Positions 47,756-56,594 of a DNA stretch of 64,000 nucleotides are shown here, piece after piece. Position numbers and translations under genes: made by a program. The stretch's first letter is position 1. Every line of letters begins with the position of its first letter. A model generated the notes under the pieces. It worked only from the letters and a program-made list of their open reading frames with translations. It searched no databases and was not told the DNA's origin. Source of the DNA: an uncultured delta proteobacterium (GTDB lineage: Bacteria; Myxococcota; Kuafuiibacteriia; Kuafuiibacteriales; Kuafuiibacteriaceae); contig CAWDML010000007.1 of NCBI GenBank assembly GCA_963803435.1, positions 96,001 through 160,000 of the forward strand, in the 5' to 3' direction.

Positions 47756-48223
47756 GTGCTGTACCTGATTCCCAAGTTTCTGCACCTGGTGGCGGTGATC
47801 CTCTGGATCGGCCCGCCGCTCGGCGCGTACGTCTTCCTCTTCCAGGCCCATCGATCGAAGGACGAGGCGAAGATCCTCTGGGCCGAGCGCATCACGGAGC
47901 GCGTGCTGGTGCTCGAGCACGTCGCGCTCCTGGTGCTCGTCGCCTCCGGTCTCGCGGTCGTCGCCGAGTCCGACTGGGCGCTGCTGGCCGTCCCCTGGTT
48001 GAGGAAGAAGCTGGTGCTCTTCGGCGGCGTGCTCGTCTTCGAGGCCTTCGACATCTGGCTCAACCATCGGGTCGTCAAGCGTCTCCTCGATCGAGCGGTG
48101 CCGCTGTCCGATCCCCGCTGGCATCGCGCCGATCGACTGCGCCGATGGTTGATCGCCGCCGCCGTTCCGGTGGCCGTGGCGCTCATCCCGCTGATCCTGT
48201 GGTTTGCCATCTCGAAGCAGTAG
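47756..48223 (+). CDS. Four-TM membrane protein (DUF2269/CopD-like)
   Basis: KFLHLVAVILWIG, WLRKKLVL and C-terminal FAISK; GTG start inferred. Confidence 0.65.
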   Translation: MLYLIPKFLHLVAVILWIGPPLGAYVFLFQAHRSKDEAKILWAERITERVLVLEHVALLVLVASGLAVVAESDWALLAVPWLRKKLVLFGGVLVFEAFDIWLNHRVVKRLLDRAVPLSDPRWHRADRLRRWLIAAAVPVAVALIPLILWFAISKQ

Positions 48224-48280
48224 GCCCGGCGGAGACTGACATTCTGTCACTCGGCGCCTCGGCGCGCCCGACGCGCGGCG

Positions 48281-48296
48281 TGGCACGTGCATTGCT
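48281..48296 (+). promoter_or_regulatory. Sigma54 (-24/-12) promoter
   Basis: TGGCACGTGCATTGCT matches the consensus TGGCACG-N4-TTGCW exactly; it lies 12 nt upstream of ATG 48309. Confidence 0.75.
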
Positions 48297-48308
48297 GACG
48301 GATTCGCC

Positions 48309-49415
48309 ATGCGAGCATCAGCGCTTCTGGCCGCGCTGCCGGTCGTCCTCTCCGGCAGCGCGGCGCTCGCGGTCACAGTCTCGAAGATCCGCCTCGTCGA
48401 CGACGATCGCATCCTCACCGACACCGCGATCCGCACGTACGTCAACGCGGCCCGCTGCAGCTGCGACGCCAGCCTGAGGATCCAGTTCGACGTGACCACC
48501 TCCGGCGAGGACGGCTCGCTCGTGGTCGCGCACGGCAAGCGCTGCGTCGACAGCGACAGCCGCCTGTCCTCCGCGTGCGACATCCTCGAACGGATCAACC
48601 TCTCCGGCCTCCGCACGGTCGACCTAGAGGTCTCGATCTCGGACATCGCCGACTGCAGCGGCGACACCTCGACGGACGCCCTGATCGTGCTCGCGGATCC
48701 CACCGACGAGGACATCTGGCAGGAGCTCACTTCCCTCGAGCTCCCGACCGACACCGAAGGCCCGCCGCCCCCTGCGGATCCGAAGGTCGTCGGCGGAGAA
48801 GAGCTGGCCGAGGTCGCCTTTGCGAAGGCCAAGGACTCCGACAGCACCGACAAGATCAAATACCAGGTCCTCTGCGAGAAGGACGGTGCGCCGGTGCTGG
48901 ATCGACCACCCGACGCCGCCTTCACCTCGCCCCGCGACCTGTGCGGGGCCGGCGAAGCGCTCGTCTCCGAGTCGTTCGTGTGCGCCGAGGCCTCCGGCGC
49001 CACCGATAGCGTGACGGTCCTCGGGCTCGAGAACGGCGTCACCTATCACTTCTACGTGGTCGCCATCGACGCGTTCGGCAATCCGAGCGATCCGGCCGAC
49101 GCCGGTGAAGCCACGCCGGCGCCGGAGCTCGATCTCTGGGAGGTCTACAAGAAGAACGGCGGGACCGCCGACGGCGGCCACTGCTTTGTGGCGACAGCCG
49201 CCTACGGCGACTACGACGATCCGCAGGTGGTCGTCCTTCGCGGCTTCCGCGATCGCGTGCTGGCCCAGAGCGAGATCGGGCGCGATCTGATCGCATTCTA
49301 CTACCACCACAGCCCGCCGCTGGCGGCCTGGATCGCGGGCTCTGACGCGCGGCGAGCGGCGGCGCGGCTCCTGCTCTGGCCGATCACGTTCATCGCCGAC
49401 GAGGTGACGCCGTGA
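48309..49415 (+). CDS. Exported FN3-domain protein with CFI-box-CTERM domain (MXAN_2561-like)
   Basis: Signal peptide; FN3 motif GLENGVTYHFYVVAIDAFGNPS; DLWEVYKKNGG; CFVATAAYG...LRGFRD..L...G...I.FYY..SPP. Confidence 0.8.
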   Translation: MRASALLAALPVVLSGSAALAVTVSKIRLVDDDRILTDTAIRTYVNAARCSCDASLRIQFDVTTSGEDGSLVVAHGKRCVDSDSRLSSACDILERINLSGLRTVDLEVSISDIADCSGDTSTDALIVLADPTDEDIWQELTSLELPTDTEGPPPPADPKVVGGEELAEVAFAKAKDSDSTDKIKYQVLCEKDGAPVLDRPPDAAFTSPRDLCGAGEALVSESFVCAEASGATDSVTVLGLENGVTYHFYVVAIDAFGNPSDPADAGEATPAPELDLWEVYKKNGGTADGGHCFVATAAYGDYDDPQVVVLRGFRDRVLAQSEIGRDLIAFYYHHSPPLAAWIAGSDARRAAARLLLWPITFIADEVTP

Positions 49416-50068
49416 ACGCCCTCTTCCTAGTGGCGCTGATCTCGCAATCCAACCTGCAGCTCGGCGTCGAGGTCGGCCCCTACCGGCCGGCGATCGACTC
49501 CGAGTTCAGCGGATCCGAGACGCCGTTCGAGGACGTCTTCGGCGATCGACAGGCGATCCTGGTCCGGTTCCGCGGCGCCTGGTTGTTCGACCAGCCGTTC
49601 GGCAAGATCGGCGCCTCGCTCTCGGGCGGCTGGGCCTCCAAGACCGCCAAGGCCCTCGCCGAGGGCGGCGGGCGCTCCGGCGGCGACACCGGCATTCGCC
49701 TCTATCCGGTGAGCGCGCTCCTCCACCTGCGCGGCGACGCGCTCGCCGATCTGATCCCTGTGCCGATCGTTCCGTTCGGAGCGGTGGGCCTGAACTACAC
49801 CTTCTGGCGGATCACGCGCGGGGACGGCGCGACCGCTCGCATCGACGGACACCGGGGCTCCGGCGGCTCGCCCGGCTGGGAGGCGCTCCTGGGCGTGGCG
49901 CTCCTGCTCGACCGCATCGACCCGCGCAGCGCCAAGACGATGCTGGACACGTTCGGCATCGCCGGTGCCGAGCTCACGTTTCAGGGCCTCTACGTCCAAT
50001 CCCTCGGGCGGGACCGGTTGCGCGTCGGAGACCTCACCTGGTGCGGCGGCCTCGCTGTCTCCTTTTGA
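49412..50068 (+). CDS. Outer-membrane beta-barrel protein (MXAN_2562-like)
   Basis: GTGA overlap; GPYRPAIDSEF, P..DVFG, VPFGAVGLNYTFW, LLLD.IDP.SA and C-terminal Phe. Confidence 0.75.
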   Translation: MNALFLVALISQSNLQLGVEVGPYRPAIDSEFSGSETPFEDVFGDRQAILVRFRGAWLFDQPFGKIGASLSGGWASKTAKALAEGGGRSGGDTGIRLYPVSALLHLRGDALADLIPVPIVPFGAVGLNYTFWRITRGDGATARIDGHRGSGGSPGWEALLGVALLLDRIDPRSAKTMLDTFGIAGAELTFQGLYVQSLGRDRLRVGDLTWCGGLAVSF

Positions 50069-50090
50069 GTGCGCTATCCTTCGCGCCCTC

Positions 50091-51032
50091 GTGGCCAGAC
50101 GGAAGGACGAAAACGACGTCGTCGACTCACTGAAGAAGGGATTCAGCGCCCTCTTCAAGGACGGCCGCTCGGCCGAGTCCAAGCTCATCGAGAAGCGCGA
50201 TCGCAAGCGGCGCAACTTCTACAACCACCGGCGCGCCTATGCGGTCGTGATCGGCGGCCTGGCGATCCTCAACCTCCTCTTCGCGATCTGGACCGGCTTC
50301 ACGTTCCCCTTCGTGGCGATCCCCGCGCTCTTCTGGGGGATGGGCTTCGCGCTGCACGGCCTCAGCTACCGCGCCTGGATGAACGAGAACGAGCGAGAGA
50401 TCATCGCCGCCGAGCGCAAGCTGGGGAAGCTCCCCGCTGGCCGCACCCAGAAGCAGCTCGCGCCTCCGAAGGACGTGCCGGTGATCGAGGGCGTCGCGAT
50501 CCTCGACGACGAATGGCGCGCGATCCTCGCCAAGGCCAAGGTGGCGATCGCCCATGCGGTCGAGGCGCTCGGCGAGGTGGAGCACCGGAGCGCCGGTAGC
50601 GAGGAGCTCCAGCGTCAGCTCTCCGACGGGATGTCGAACATCGAGCGGCTGGCCGCGGGCGCAGAGCGGATCACCGAGGCCCTCGACGAGATCGCACCCG
50701 ACGGCGGCGCACAGCTCGAAGAGGAGCTCGAGAGCATCGACACCCGGATCAGCGACAGCGGCGACGACCAACTCCGCGAGGTCTATCTCGCCAACCGGAG
50801 CCTGCTGGTCGCGCGGAAGAAGAAGCTCGAGGCGTTACAGGGCGAGCGCACCCGCATGAAGGCGAACGCCGAGGGCTTCCTGATCGCCGCCGAGAACGTC
50901 CGCCTCGACGTCGCTGGCCTCGGCTCCATCGAAGGCTCGCGCGCTGGCGCCCTGGTGGAGCCCGTCCGCCGCCTCACGGAGGAGGTCGAGATCCTCCGCA
51001 AGGTCGAAGCCGAGCTGAAGCAGTTCGGTTAG
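50091..51032 (+). CDS. 2TM domain protein with long C-terminal coiled coil
   Basis: FYNH..AYAVVIGGLAILN...PALFWGMGFALHG (2TM pattern) followed by heptad-rich helices. Confidence 0.7.
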   Translation: MARRKDENDVVDSLKKGFSALFKDGRSAESKLIEKRDRKRRNFYNHRRAYAVVIGGLAILNLLFAIWTGFTFPFVAIPALFWGMGFALHGLSYRAWMNENEREIIAAERKLGKLPAGRTQKQLAPPKDVPVIEGVAILDDEWRAILAKAKVAIAHAVEALGEVEHRSAGSEELQRQLSDGMSNIERLAAGAERITEALDEIAPDGGAQLEEELESIDTRISDSGDDQLREVYLANRSLLVARKKKLEALQGERTRMKANAEGFLIAAENVRLDVAGLGSIEGSRAGALVEPVRRLTEEVEILRKVEAELKQFG

Positions 51033-51069
51033 CCTTGGTCACGTAACGGCGAAGCAGGTTCGCCTCAGC

Positions 51070-52341
51070 TCAAGGAGGGCAGCCGGTGGGGTCGAAGCCG
51101 TCGTCGACGTCGCTGAAGGAGAGGCCCAGGCCGATCCCGAGGAGGTCGCCTTCGATGCGCGCGGTGATGTTCCAGTCGGCGGTCAGGTGCGAGCTCCCGC
51201 AGTCGTGGATCTCGAACGCGTGCTGGACCTCCTTCGTGATCATGCCTGCGACCGGCATTCGCGAGCCGTCGTGGCCGACCGCCTCCACGTTCGTGAGCTC
51301 GAAGCGGACCGAGCGCCACTTGCCCGCGGATACGGTCACGTTCGAGGCGATCGGGACCGGCAGCAGCGCGCCCCCGCGAATCGCCCGCAGTGGATCGATG
51401 CTGGTGCGGGTTCTGGACACCAGCGACGAGGAGGGACCGCTCTTGAGGTAGAGCGCGAGGTCGAACTCGATCTCGACGATGTTGTCGAGGTCGACGTCGA
51501 CCTGAAGATCCGTCTGGGGCTCGGGCGCGTTGCAGACCACGACGTCGTTGAGCGCGCCGCTCGACCGGAACCCCACCTTCAGCCGGCGGACACCGCAGAC
51601 GCCGAGGGCGGCGTGCTCGACGGAGTTGTCGCCGAGACCGCCGGCCTCGCGCTCCGAGATGAACTCGTACTGATCGTCGTAGAAGCGGAACCGCGCCGGT
51701 CGCTCGTTGTCCTCGATGTCGACCAAGTCCGCACGCGACACGCACTTGTTCTGGTCGAAGTCGAAGACGAACCAGGCGCCGCCCGCATCGTCGTCCGGAT
51801 CGTCGACGTTGCCGTCCATGTCCAGGTCGATCGTGTTCTCAGCCTTGATCGCGAGGTTCCCCAGCGCGCGCCGATTGCTCGCGCCTCCGCAACCGCGGCC
51901 CGGACCGCCGTGACGCTCGCTCGGCGTCCCGAGATCGAAGTCGCCTCCCGTCGGATGCGAGCTGTCGAATGCGATCGCGCGACCGGGTGCGAAGGTGTTT
52001 CGATCGAGCGCGCTCATCGTGATGCCAGCATCCTCGTACGCGAGCGACACGTCGGCGCCCGCCGGAATGTGCACTCCGAACGCGTCACGATCGAACGTCA
52101 TGGTGTCGCAGAACGTTGGCTGGATGGCGCCATGAAGGAGGGTCATGCTGAGCTGACCGAAGCCGAGCTGTTGCCCCGGCTGACGTCGCTGGTTTTGACC
52201 CCGAAAGAGCGATTGGGATCCATGTCGCGCCGACGACTTCGAGAACGAAGCCAACTGGGACGTGTCTTCGTCGGGTTGATCGACCGAGCACGACAGGAGG
52301 AGGATCGAGGCGAGCACGCTGGCGATGCCGGGGAATCGCAT
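51070..52341 (-). CDS. Hypothetical lipoprotein (beta-rich domains)
   Basis: Lipobox LLSC; FDSSHPTGGDFDLGTP and PDDDAGG acidic motifs; C-terminal beta-sandwich-like region. Confidence 0.6.
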   Translation of the reverse strand: MRFPGIASVLASILLLSCSVDQPDEDTSQLASFSKSSARHGSQSLFRGQNQRRQPGQQLGFGQLSMTLLHGAIQPTFCDTMTFDRDAFGVHIPAGADVSLAYEDAGITMSALDRNTFAPGRAIAFDSSHPTGGDFDLGTPSERHGGPGRGCGGASNRRALGNLAIKAENTIDLDMDGNVDDPDDDAGGAWFVFDFDQNKCVSRADLVDIEDNERPARFRFYDDQYEFISEREAGGLGDNSVEHAALGVCGVRRLKVGFRSSGALNDVVVCNAPEPQTDLQVDVDLDNIVEIEFDLALYLKSGPSSSLVSRTRTSIDPLRAIRGGALLPVPIASNVTVSAGKWRSVRFELTNVEAVGHDGSRMPVAGMITKEVQHAFEIHDCGSSHLTADWNITARIEGDLLGIGLGLSFSDVDDGFDPTGCPP

Positions 52342-52408
52342 TGGTCCAAGGTAGCTCCACCAACCCTGTGGCATTCAATGTTTCAAGCCCCGCCGGGGGA
52401 CACATCGC

Positions 52409-54487
52409 ATGAGCCCAAGTAGACCTAGCGACCACCGCGACGGCCCGGCACCCATCGGTCGACATCGGCTCGAGCGACAGCTCCACGTGTCGTCTCGGTT
52501 CGAGTACTGGCTCGAGCGTGATCACCGCTTCGTCGTCCTGCGGATGCTCCCCGAGCTCGCGCAAGATGAAGAGACCCGCGCATGCGCGCTCGAGGCCCTC
52601 CAGCGACGGATGGCGATCGTGCATCCGCGCATCCCTCGGCTCGTCGAGATCATCGAGTCGCCGCTGGCAGCGGTGTGTGAGTACGTCCCAGGACGCTCGG
52701 CCGAAGTGATCGCCCACGCGTCGAAGACACCGATGCCGGCCGCCGTCGCCGCCCGAATCGTCGAGCAGATCGCCCGCACGCTCCACCAGGCCCGCATTCC
52801 TCCCCGCTGGTGCAGCCGGGCGGGTCTCGACCCGAACAGCATCGTGATCGATCCGCTGGGCGCCCCCCACCTGCTGCTGGCGCCCGTCTTCGACGTGTTG
52901 CCGGCCAGTAGCGGGACCGGGCTCGGCGCCCGGGCGATCGCCGACCTGCCTCCGGAGGCGGTGCGCGGGATGCCGCTCCTCCCGCAGAGCACCGTCTTCG
53001 CGCTGGGCGTGCTCCTCTATCAGCTCACGGTGGGCCGCCATCCGTTTCGTCGGCAGGAGAGCATGCTCGAGACGCTCCAGCGCATCATCGAGTCCGACTA
53101 CGATCCGATCCCGAGCGACCTGGACGTCCCGACGACGCTCGCGACCGTGCTCACGCGCACCCTCGAGGTGGGTCCGGAGGCGCGCTACCTCCACGCGGGC
53201 GAGCTCGCGGACGTGCTCGCGCGAGTGCTCCCACCTCAGCTCGACGAGCGCGCGATCCTCGACGTCGCCGTCGAGCGTTGTCCCGAGCTGGCCGGCCTCG
53301 CCGAGGCACTGCGCGACACCGAGCCGACCGAGCCCGCGCTCGATCGGCGCCCCTCCAATCTGCTGGCGCAGATCGAGGCCGAGCCCGACGTGTCGGAGCC
53401 CTACCTGGTGTATGCAGACTGGCTCCAGGCGAACGGGCTCCCGCGAGGCGAGCTGATCGTGCTCCAGCACCAGCAGCTCGACGCACCGGTGGAGCGCAAG
53501 CGTGTGCTGAAGGAGGCCGAGGCCCAGCTCCTCCTCGAGCATCCGGAGCTGGCGGGGGAGCTCACCCCACTGCTGGATGGCCCGCTCCCGCACCGGGCCG
53601 CGGCCTTTCGCGCCGGTCCACACTTCGTCGGCGATCTGAGCCGCGGCCCGTTCGCCGTGGAGTGGTTCCTGGGCTTCGTGCGGAGCCTTCGCATCGGCGT
53701 TGGCGAGGACACGCCTGACTTCGCCGAGCTCGAGGGCGTCGTTCGCCGGCTGGACGCGCACGAGGGGACGCGGTTCATCCGGCACCTCACGCTGGGATCG
53801 ATCGATCTGACGCCCACCCGGCGCTCGAGCTGGATGGAGCTGGGCTACGCTGCGCTCGCGGGCTCGCGCCTGGCGCTCGACTCGCTGTACGTCGGCGACC
53901 TCGCGTCGGCTTCGCCCCGAATGGAGCACCACGGCACTGCGAACATCTCCTCGGCGTTCCCGTCGCTGAAGCAGCTCGCGATCCGCGGGAGCAACATCCA
54001 CCTGGGGCGGCTTCTCCTGCCGGAGCTTCGGGAGCTTCGTATCTACGCCGCGGGTCTGACGGCGGATACGATCAACCATGTCGCGAGCAGCTCCCTGCCC
54101 AAGCTCGAGTACCTAGAGCTGTGGTTTGGCGGTGCACCGGGCCGGAGCGCCTGGCCGGATCGGGTGGGCGTGCTGTTCGACGTCCGGCACCTGCCGAGCC
54201 TTCGCCGGCTGGCCCTCTCGGATCGGGAGCCGCGCGCGGTCACCGCGACGATCGCGGTGCTCTCGGAGAGCGATCTCGCGGGCCGTCTGACGATGCTGGA
54301 TCTGCAGGAGAGCGCAATGACCGATGACGCCGCCGAGATCATCCTGCGCAGCGCGGATCGATTCCCGCTGCTGGAGGAGGTTCGATTCGACGGACGCTCG
54401 ATCTCGGCCGCGCCGCGCGAGGCGCTATCGGCGCGCTACTCCTTCTCCCAGAAGGGTCGCTCGGGACCGACCAGCTCGATCGGATAG
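52409..54487 (+). CDS. Pseudokinase fused to TIGR02996 domain and leucine-rich repeats
   Basis: Kinase-fold remnants (HPRIPRL, EYVPG, PPEAVRG, VFALGVLLYQL..G..PF) without HRD/DFG; LLAQIEAEPD...YLVYADWL...G.PRGELI.LQ; LRRs (FPSLKQLAI, LPELRELRI, LPKLEYLEL, LPSLRRLAL). Confidence 0.8.
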   Translation: MSPSRPSDHRDGPAPIGRHRLERQLHVSSRFEYWLERDHRFVVLRMLPELAQDEETRACALEALQRRMAIVHPRIPRLVEIIESPLAAVCEYVPGRSAEVIAHASKTPMPAAVAARIVEQIARTLHQARIPPRWCSRAGLDPNSIVIDPLGAPHLLLAPVFDVLPASSGTGLGARAIADLPPEAVRGMPLLPQSTVFALGVLLYQLTVGRHPFRRQESMLETLQRIIESDYDPIPSDLDVPTTLATVLTRTLEVGPEARYLHAGELADVLARVLPPQLDERAILDVAVERCPELAGLAEALRDTEPTEPALDRRPSNLLAQIEAEPDVSEPYLVYADWLQANGLPRGELIVLQHQQLDAPVERKRVLKEAEAQLLLEHPELAGELTPLLDGPLPHRAAAFRAGPHFVGDLSRGPFAVEWFLGFVRSLRIGVGEDTPDFAELEGVVRRLDAHEGTRFIRHLTLGSIDLTPTRRSSWMELGYAALAGSRLALDSLYVGDLASASPRMEHHGTANISSAFPSLKQLAIRGSNIHLGRLLLPELRELRIYAAGLTADTINHVASSSLPKLEYLELWFGGAPGRSAWPDRVGVLFDVRHLPSLRRLALSDREPRAVTATIAVLSESDLAGRLTMLDLQESAMTDDAAEIILRSADRFPLLEEVRFDGRSISAAPREALSARYSFSQKGRSGPTSSIG

Positions 54488-54900
54488 CGGCGGATCACGC
54501 TCATCGCGTGGGGTGCCTCGATGGTCACCACCAATCCGATGTGATCGGGATAGTCGTCGCCGACGCGCAGGACGAACTCGAGCGACTCCTTCTCCTTCGG
54601 CGCGCCGATCCGATCCTCATAGACGACGCTGCTGACCCCCTCGGCCTCCATCTCCACGCGGAGATACCGCGGGCCCTCTCCCTTCGAGGTGAACTGGAAG
54701 GCGAAGTCCTGCGGGCGTGGGAGCCGGCGGAGTCGGTCGGGGGTCAGACGGACCGGTCCCGCGGGGAGCTGGCCAAACACCGCGATCTCGCCGACCTCGC
54801 CCCGAGCGGGCGGCAGGGGATCCGACGGGTAGAGGAGGACGGCGCCGATCAGGGTGACCACGCCCACGGCGAAGAAGACAATGACCGCCAGCTGACGCAA
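54436..54900 (-). CDS. Hypothetical membrane-anchored protein
   Basis: N-terminal TM and beta-rich soluble domain; 154 aa. Confidence 0.55.
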   Translation of the reverse strand: MRQLAVIVFFAVGVVTLIGAVLLYPSDPLPPARGEVGEIAVFGQLPAGPVRLTPDRLRRLPRPQDFAFQFTSKGEGPRYLRVEMEAEGVSSVVYEDRIGAPKEKESLEFVLRVGDDYPDHIGLVVTIEAPHAMSVIRRYPIELVGPERPFWEKE

Positions 54901-54983
54901 AATTGATACACCTCGGACAGGCGGATCAGACTTTCGGGCCCCGCGCTGGGGAGCTGTCTCGTAAGGGTCGAGAATCTCAGGAT

Positions 54984-55042
54984 AAAAAAAGAGCGCCGGG
55001 ACGGCCTGGAGGTTGCTCCTCCCCCAGACGGCCCCGGCGCTC
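54984..55042 (-). terminator. Long GC hairpin followed by U7 (intrinsic terminator of a candidate sRNA or leader)
   Basis: GAGCGCCGGG (54991-55000) pairs with CCCGGCGCTC (55033-55042); A7 at 54984-54990 gives U7 on the minus strand. Confidence 0.7.
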
Positions 55043-55151
55043 GCGCTACACTTCTCGCTCCAGTTGCTCTCGCTCTCGCTCGATCGCTGACGACAACTCC
55101 ATACGGGGCCTTTTTCTTCCCCTCTTCCCCATTGATAGGCTGAATCCAGCC

Positions 55152-56585
55152 ATGAGGCAACTCGCGCTCCTGTTGCTCTCGTGCGCGTTCGCCTCGCCGG
55201 CCTGGGCAGAGGAGGACGGCGGCGCGACGCCTGACACGGTCAAGGGCGTCAAGATCGTCATTCCCGACGCGCGCGGCGCCAAGAGCTGGGGACGCGCCCA
55301 GCTCTCCCAATCGCTCCGGCGAACCATGACCGAGGCCGTCGGTCCCTTGATCCCCTCCCGCGACCTCGAGCGGGCCCTCAACAAGTTGAAGATCAAGCGC
55401 GCCAAGTACGAGCCGGACAACCTGGCCAAGGCCGCCAAGGAGATCGGGGCCGATTACATCCTGACCGTCATCATCACGAAGAAGGGCTGGCTCTACACCG
55501 CCCGCGCCATCCTGGTGAAGGCGGAGAACGGCGAGGTCCAGATGGACTTCCGCGCGCAGTACTTCAAGCCCGTGCAGGAGGCGGGCGACCGAGGTGAGCG
55601 CATCGGCCGGCGCACGATCGACAAGCTGGCGGAGCTGGTCCAAGGCGGGCAGGCGGTGGCGGTCGCGCCCCCGCCGCCACCGCCGTCGGATTGGGTGGTC
55701 GCGCCGCCCCCACCTCCGGACACGGAGGAGCCGCCGCCGCCCCCCGACGCGACCGAGGCGCCGCCGCCGCCGCCCCCGCCCCCGGCGTTGGCGCGACGAG
55801 AGCCGCCGCCCCCGCCGCCCAGCCAGCAGGTTGCGGTCGAGACGGAGACGACGCCGGCACGTACGGAGATCATTCGCGCGATGGTCGGCGGCGGATCGGG
55901 CCTGCTTCACACATACACGCTCTCCTCGAACGCCGTGCCGAGACCGAGGCTCTCGCACCAGCTCAGCCCGCTGTCGCTGGTGACCGCCGAGGTCGGCTTC
56001 ACGATTCCGGGGGTGCCGATCCAGATCGCGCTGGGAGGATCGTTCCGCCCCGTGCGCTACGATCTCATGCTCGGCGACGGCAACACCCCGCGCGGCGCGC
56101 TGATCGATTCGCACCTCGACCTCGGCTACGCGATCGGCATCGCGGGGCGGGGGTTCGACCAGTACCAGATCACCCCGCGCATCGGGTCGCGGCTCGGTGT
56201 CTATACGGTTGAGCAGAACCCGGGAAACTCGGTGCTCTCGGCCCGCGCAATCTCGGTGACCGGCGGCCTGGGCGCGCGGCTCCCGATCAACAGCGTCCTC
56301 GAGATCGACCTGGGCGTCGATGGAGGCGTGATCCTCTCCTACGCCGAGAGCCCTGCCACCTCCGGGGACAGCCGGCCGGGCTTCATGGTCGGAGGCGATC
56401 TGGGCGCAAACATCTGGCTGACGCCCATGATCGCCATCTCCTTCGACAATCGCTTTGCCTTCCAGAGCATCGCGTTCAGCGGCACCCCCACCCGCCAGCT
56501 CCCCATCGAGGACCAGCAGATCCAGGACGCAAAGCTCACGACCAAGGATCTTCGCAGCTCGATCGGCGTCGCCTTTAGGTATTAG
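55152..56585 (+). CDS. Outer-membrane protein: N-terminal domain, Pro-rich linker and C-terminal beta-barrel (GltC-like architecture)
   Basis: Signal peptide ending AWA, poly-Pro tracts, alternating beta-strands and C-terminal GVAFRY. Confidence 0.65.
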   Translation: MRQLALLLLSCAFASPAWAEEDGGATPDTVKGVKIVIPDARGAKSWGRAQLSQSLRRTMTEAVGPLIPSRDLERALNKLKIKRAKYEPDNLAKAAKEIGADYILTVIITKKGWLYTARAILVKAENGEVQMDFRAQYFKPVQEAGDRGERIGRRTIDKLAELVQGGQAVAVAPPPPPPSDWVVAPPPPPDTEEPPPPPDATEAPPPPPPPPALARREPPPPPPSQQVAVETETTPARTEIIRAMVGGGSGLLHTYTLSSNAVPRPRLSHQLSPLSLVTAEVGFTIPGVPIQIALGGSFRPVRYDLMLGDGNTPRGALIDSHLDLGYAIGIAGRGFDQYQITPRIGSRLGVYTVEQNPGNSVLSARAISVTGGLGARLPINSVLEIDLGVDGGVILSYAESPATSGDSRPGFMVGGDLGANIWLTPMIAISFDNRFAFQSIAFSGTPTRQLPIEDQQIQDAKLTTKDLRSSIGVAFRY

Positions 56586-56594
56586 GCTGTTCAA

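Noticed and set aside
44497-48210. 1237-aa ORF
   Set aside because: Only the last ~508 aa (from ATG 46023) are DUF1552; the upstream part is an alternative frame over the DUF1592 gene.
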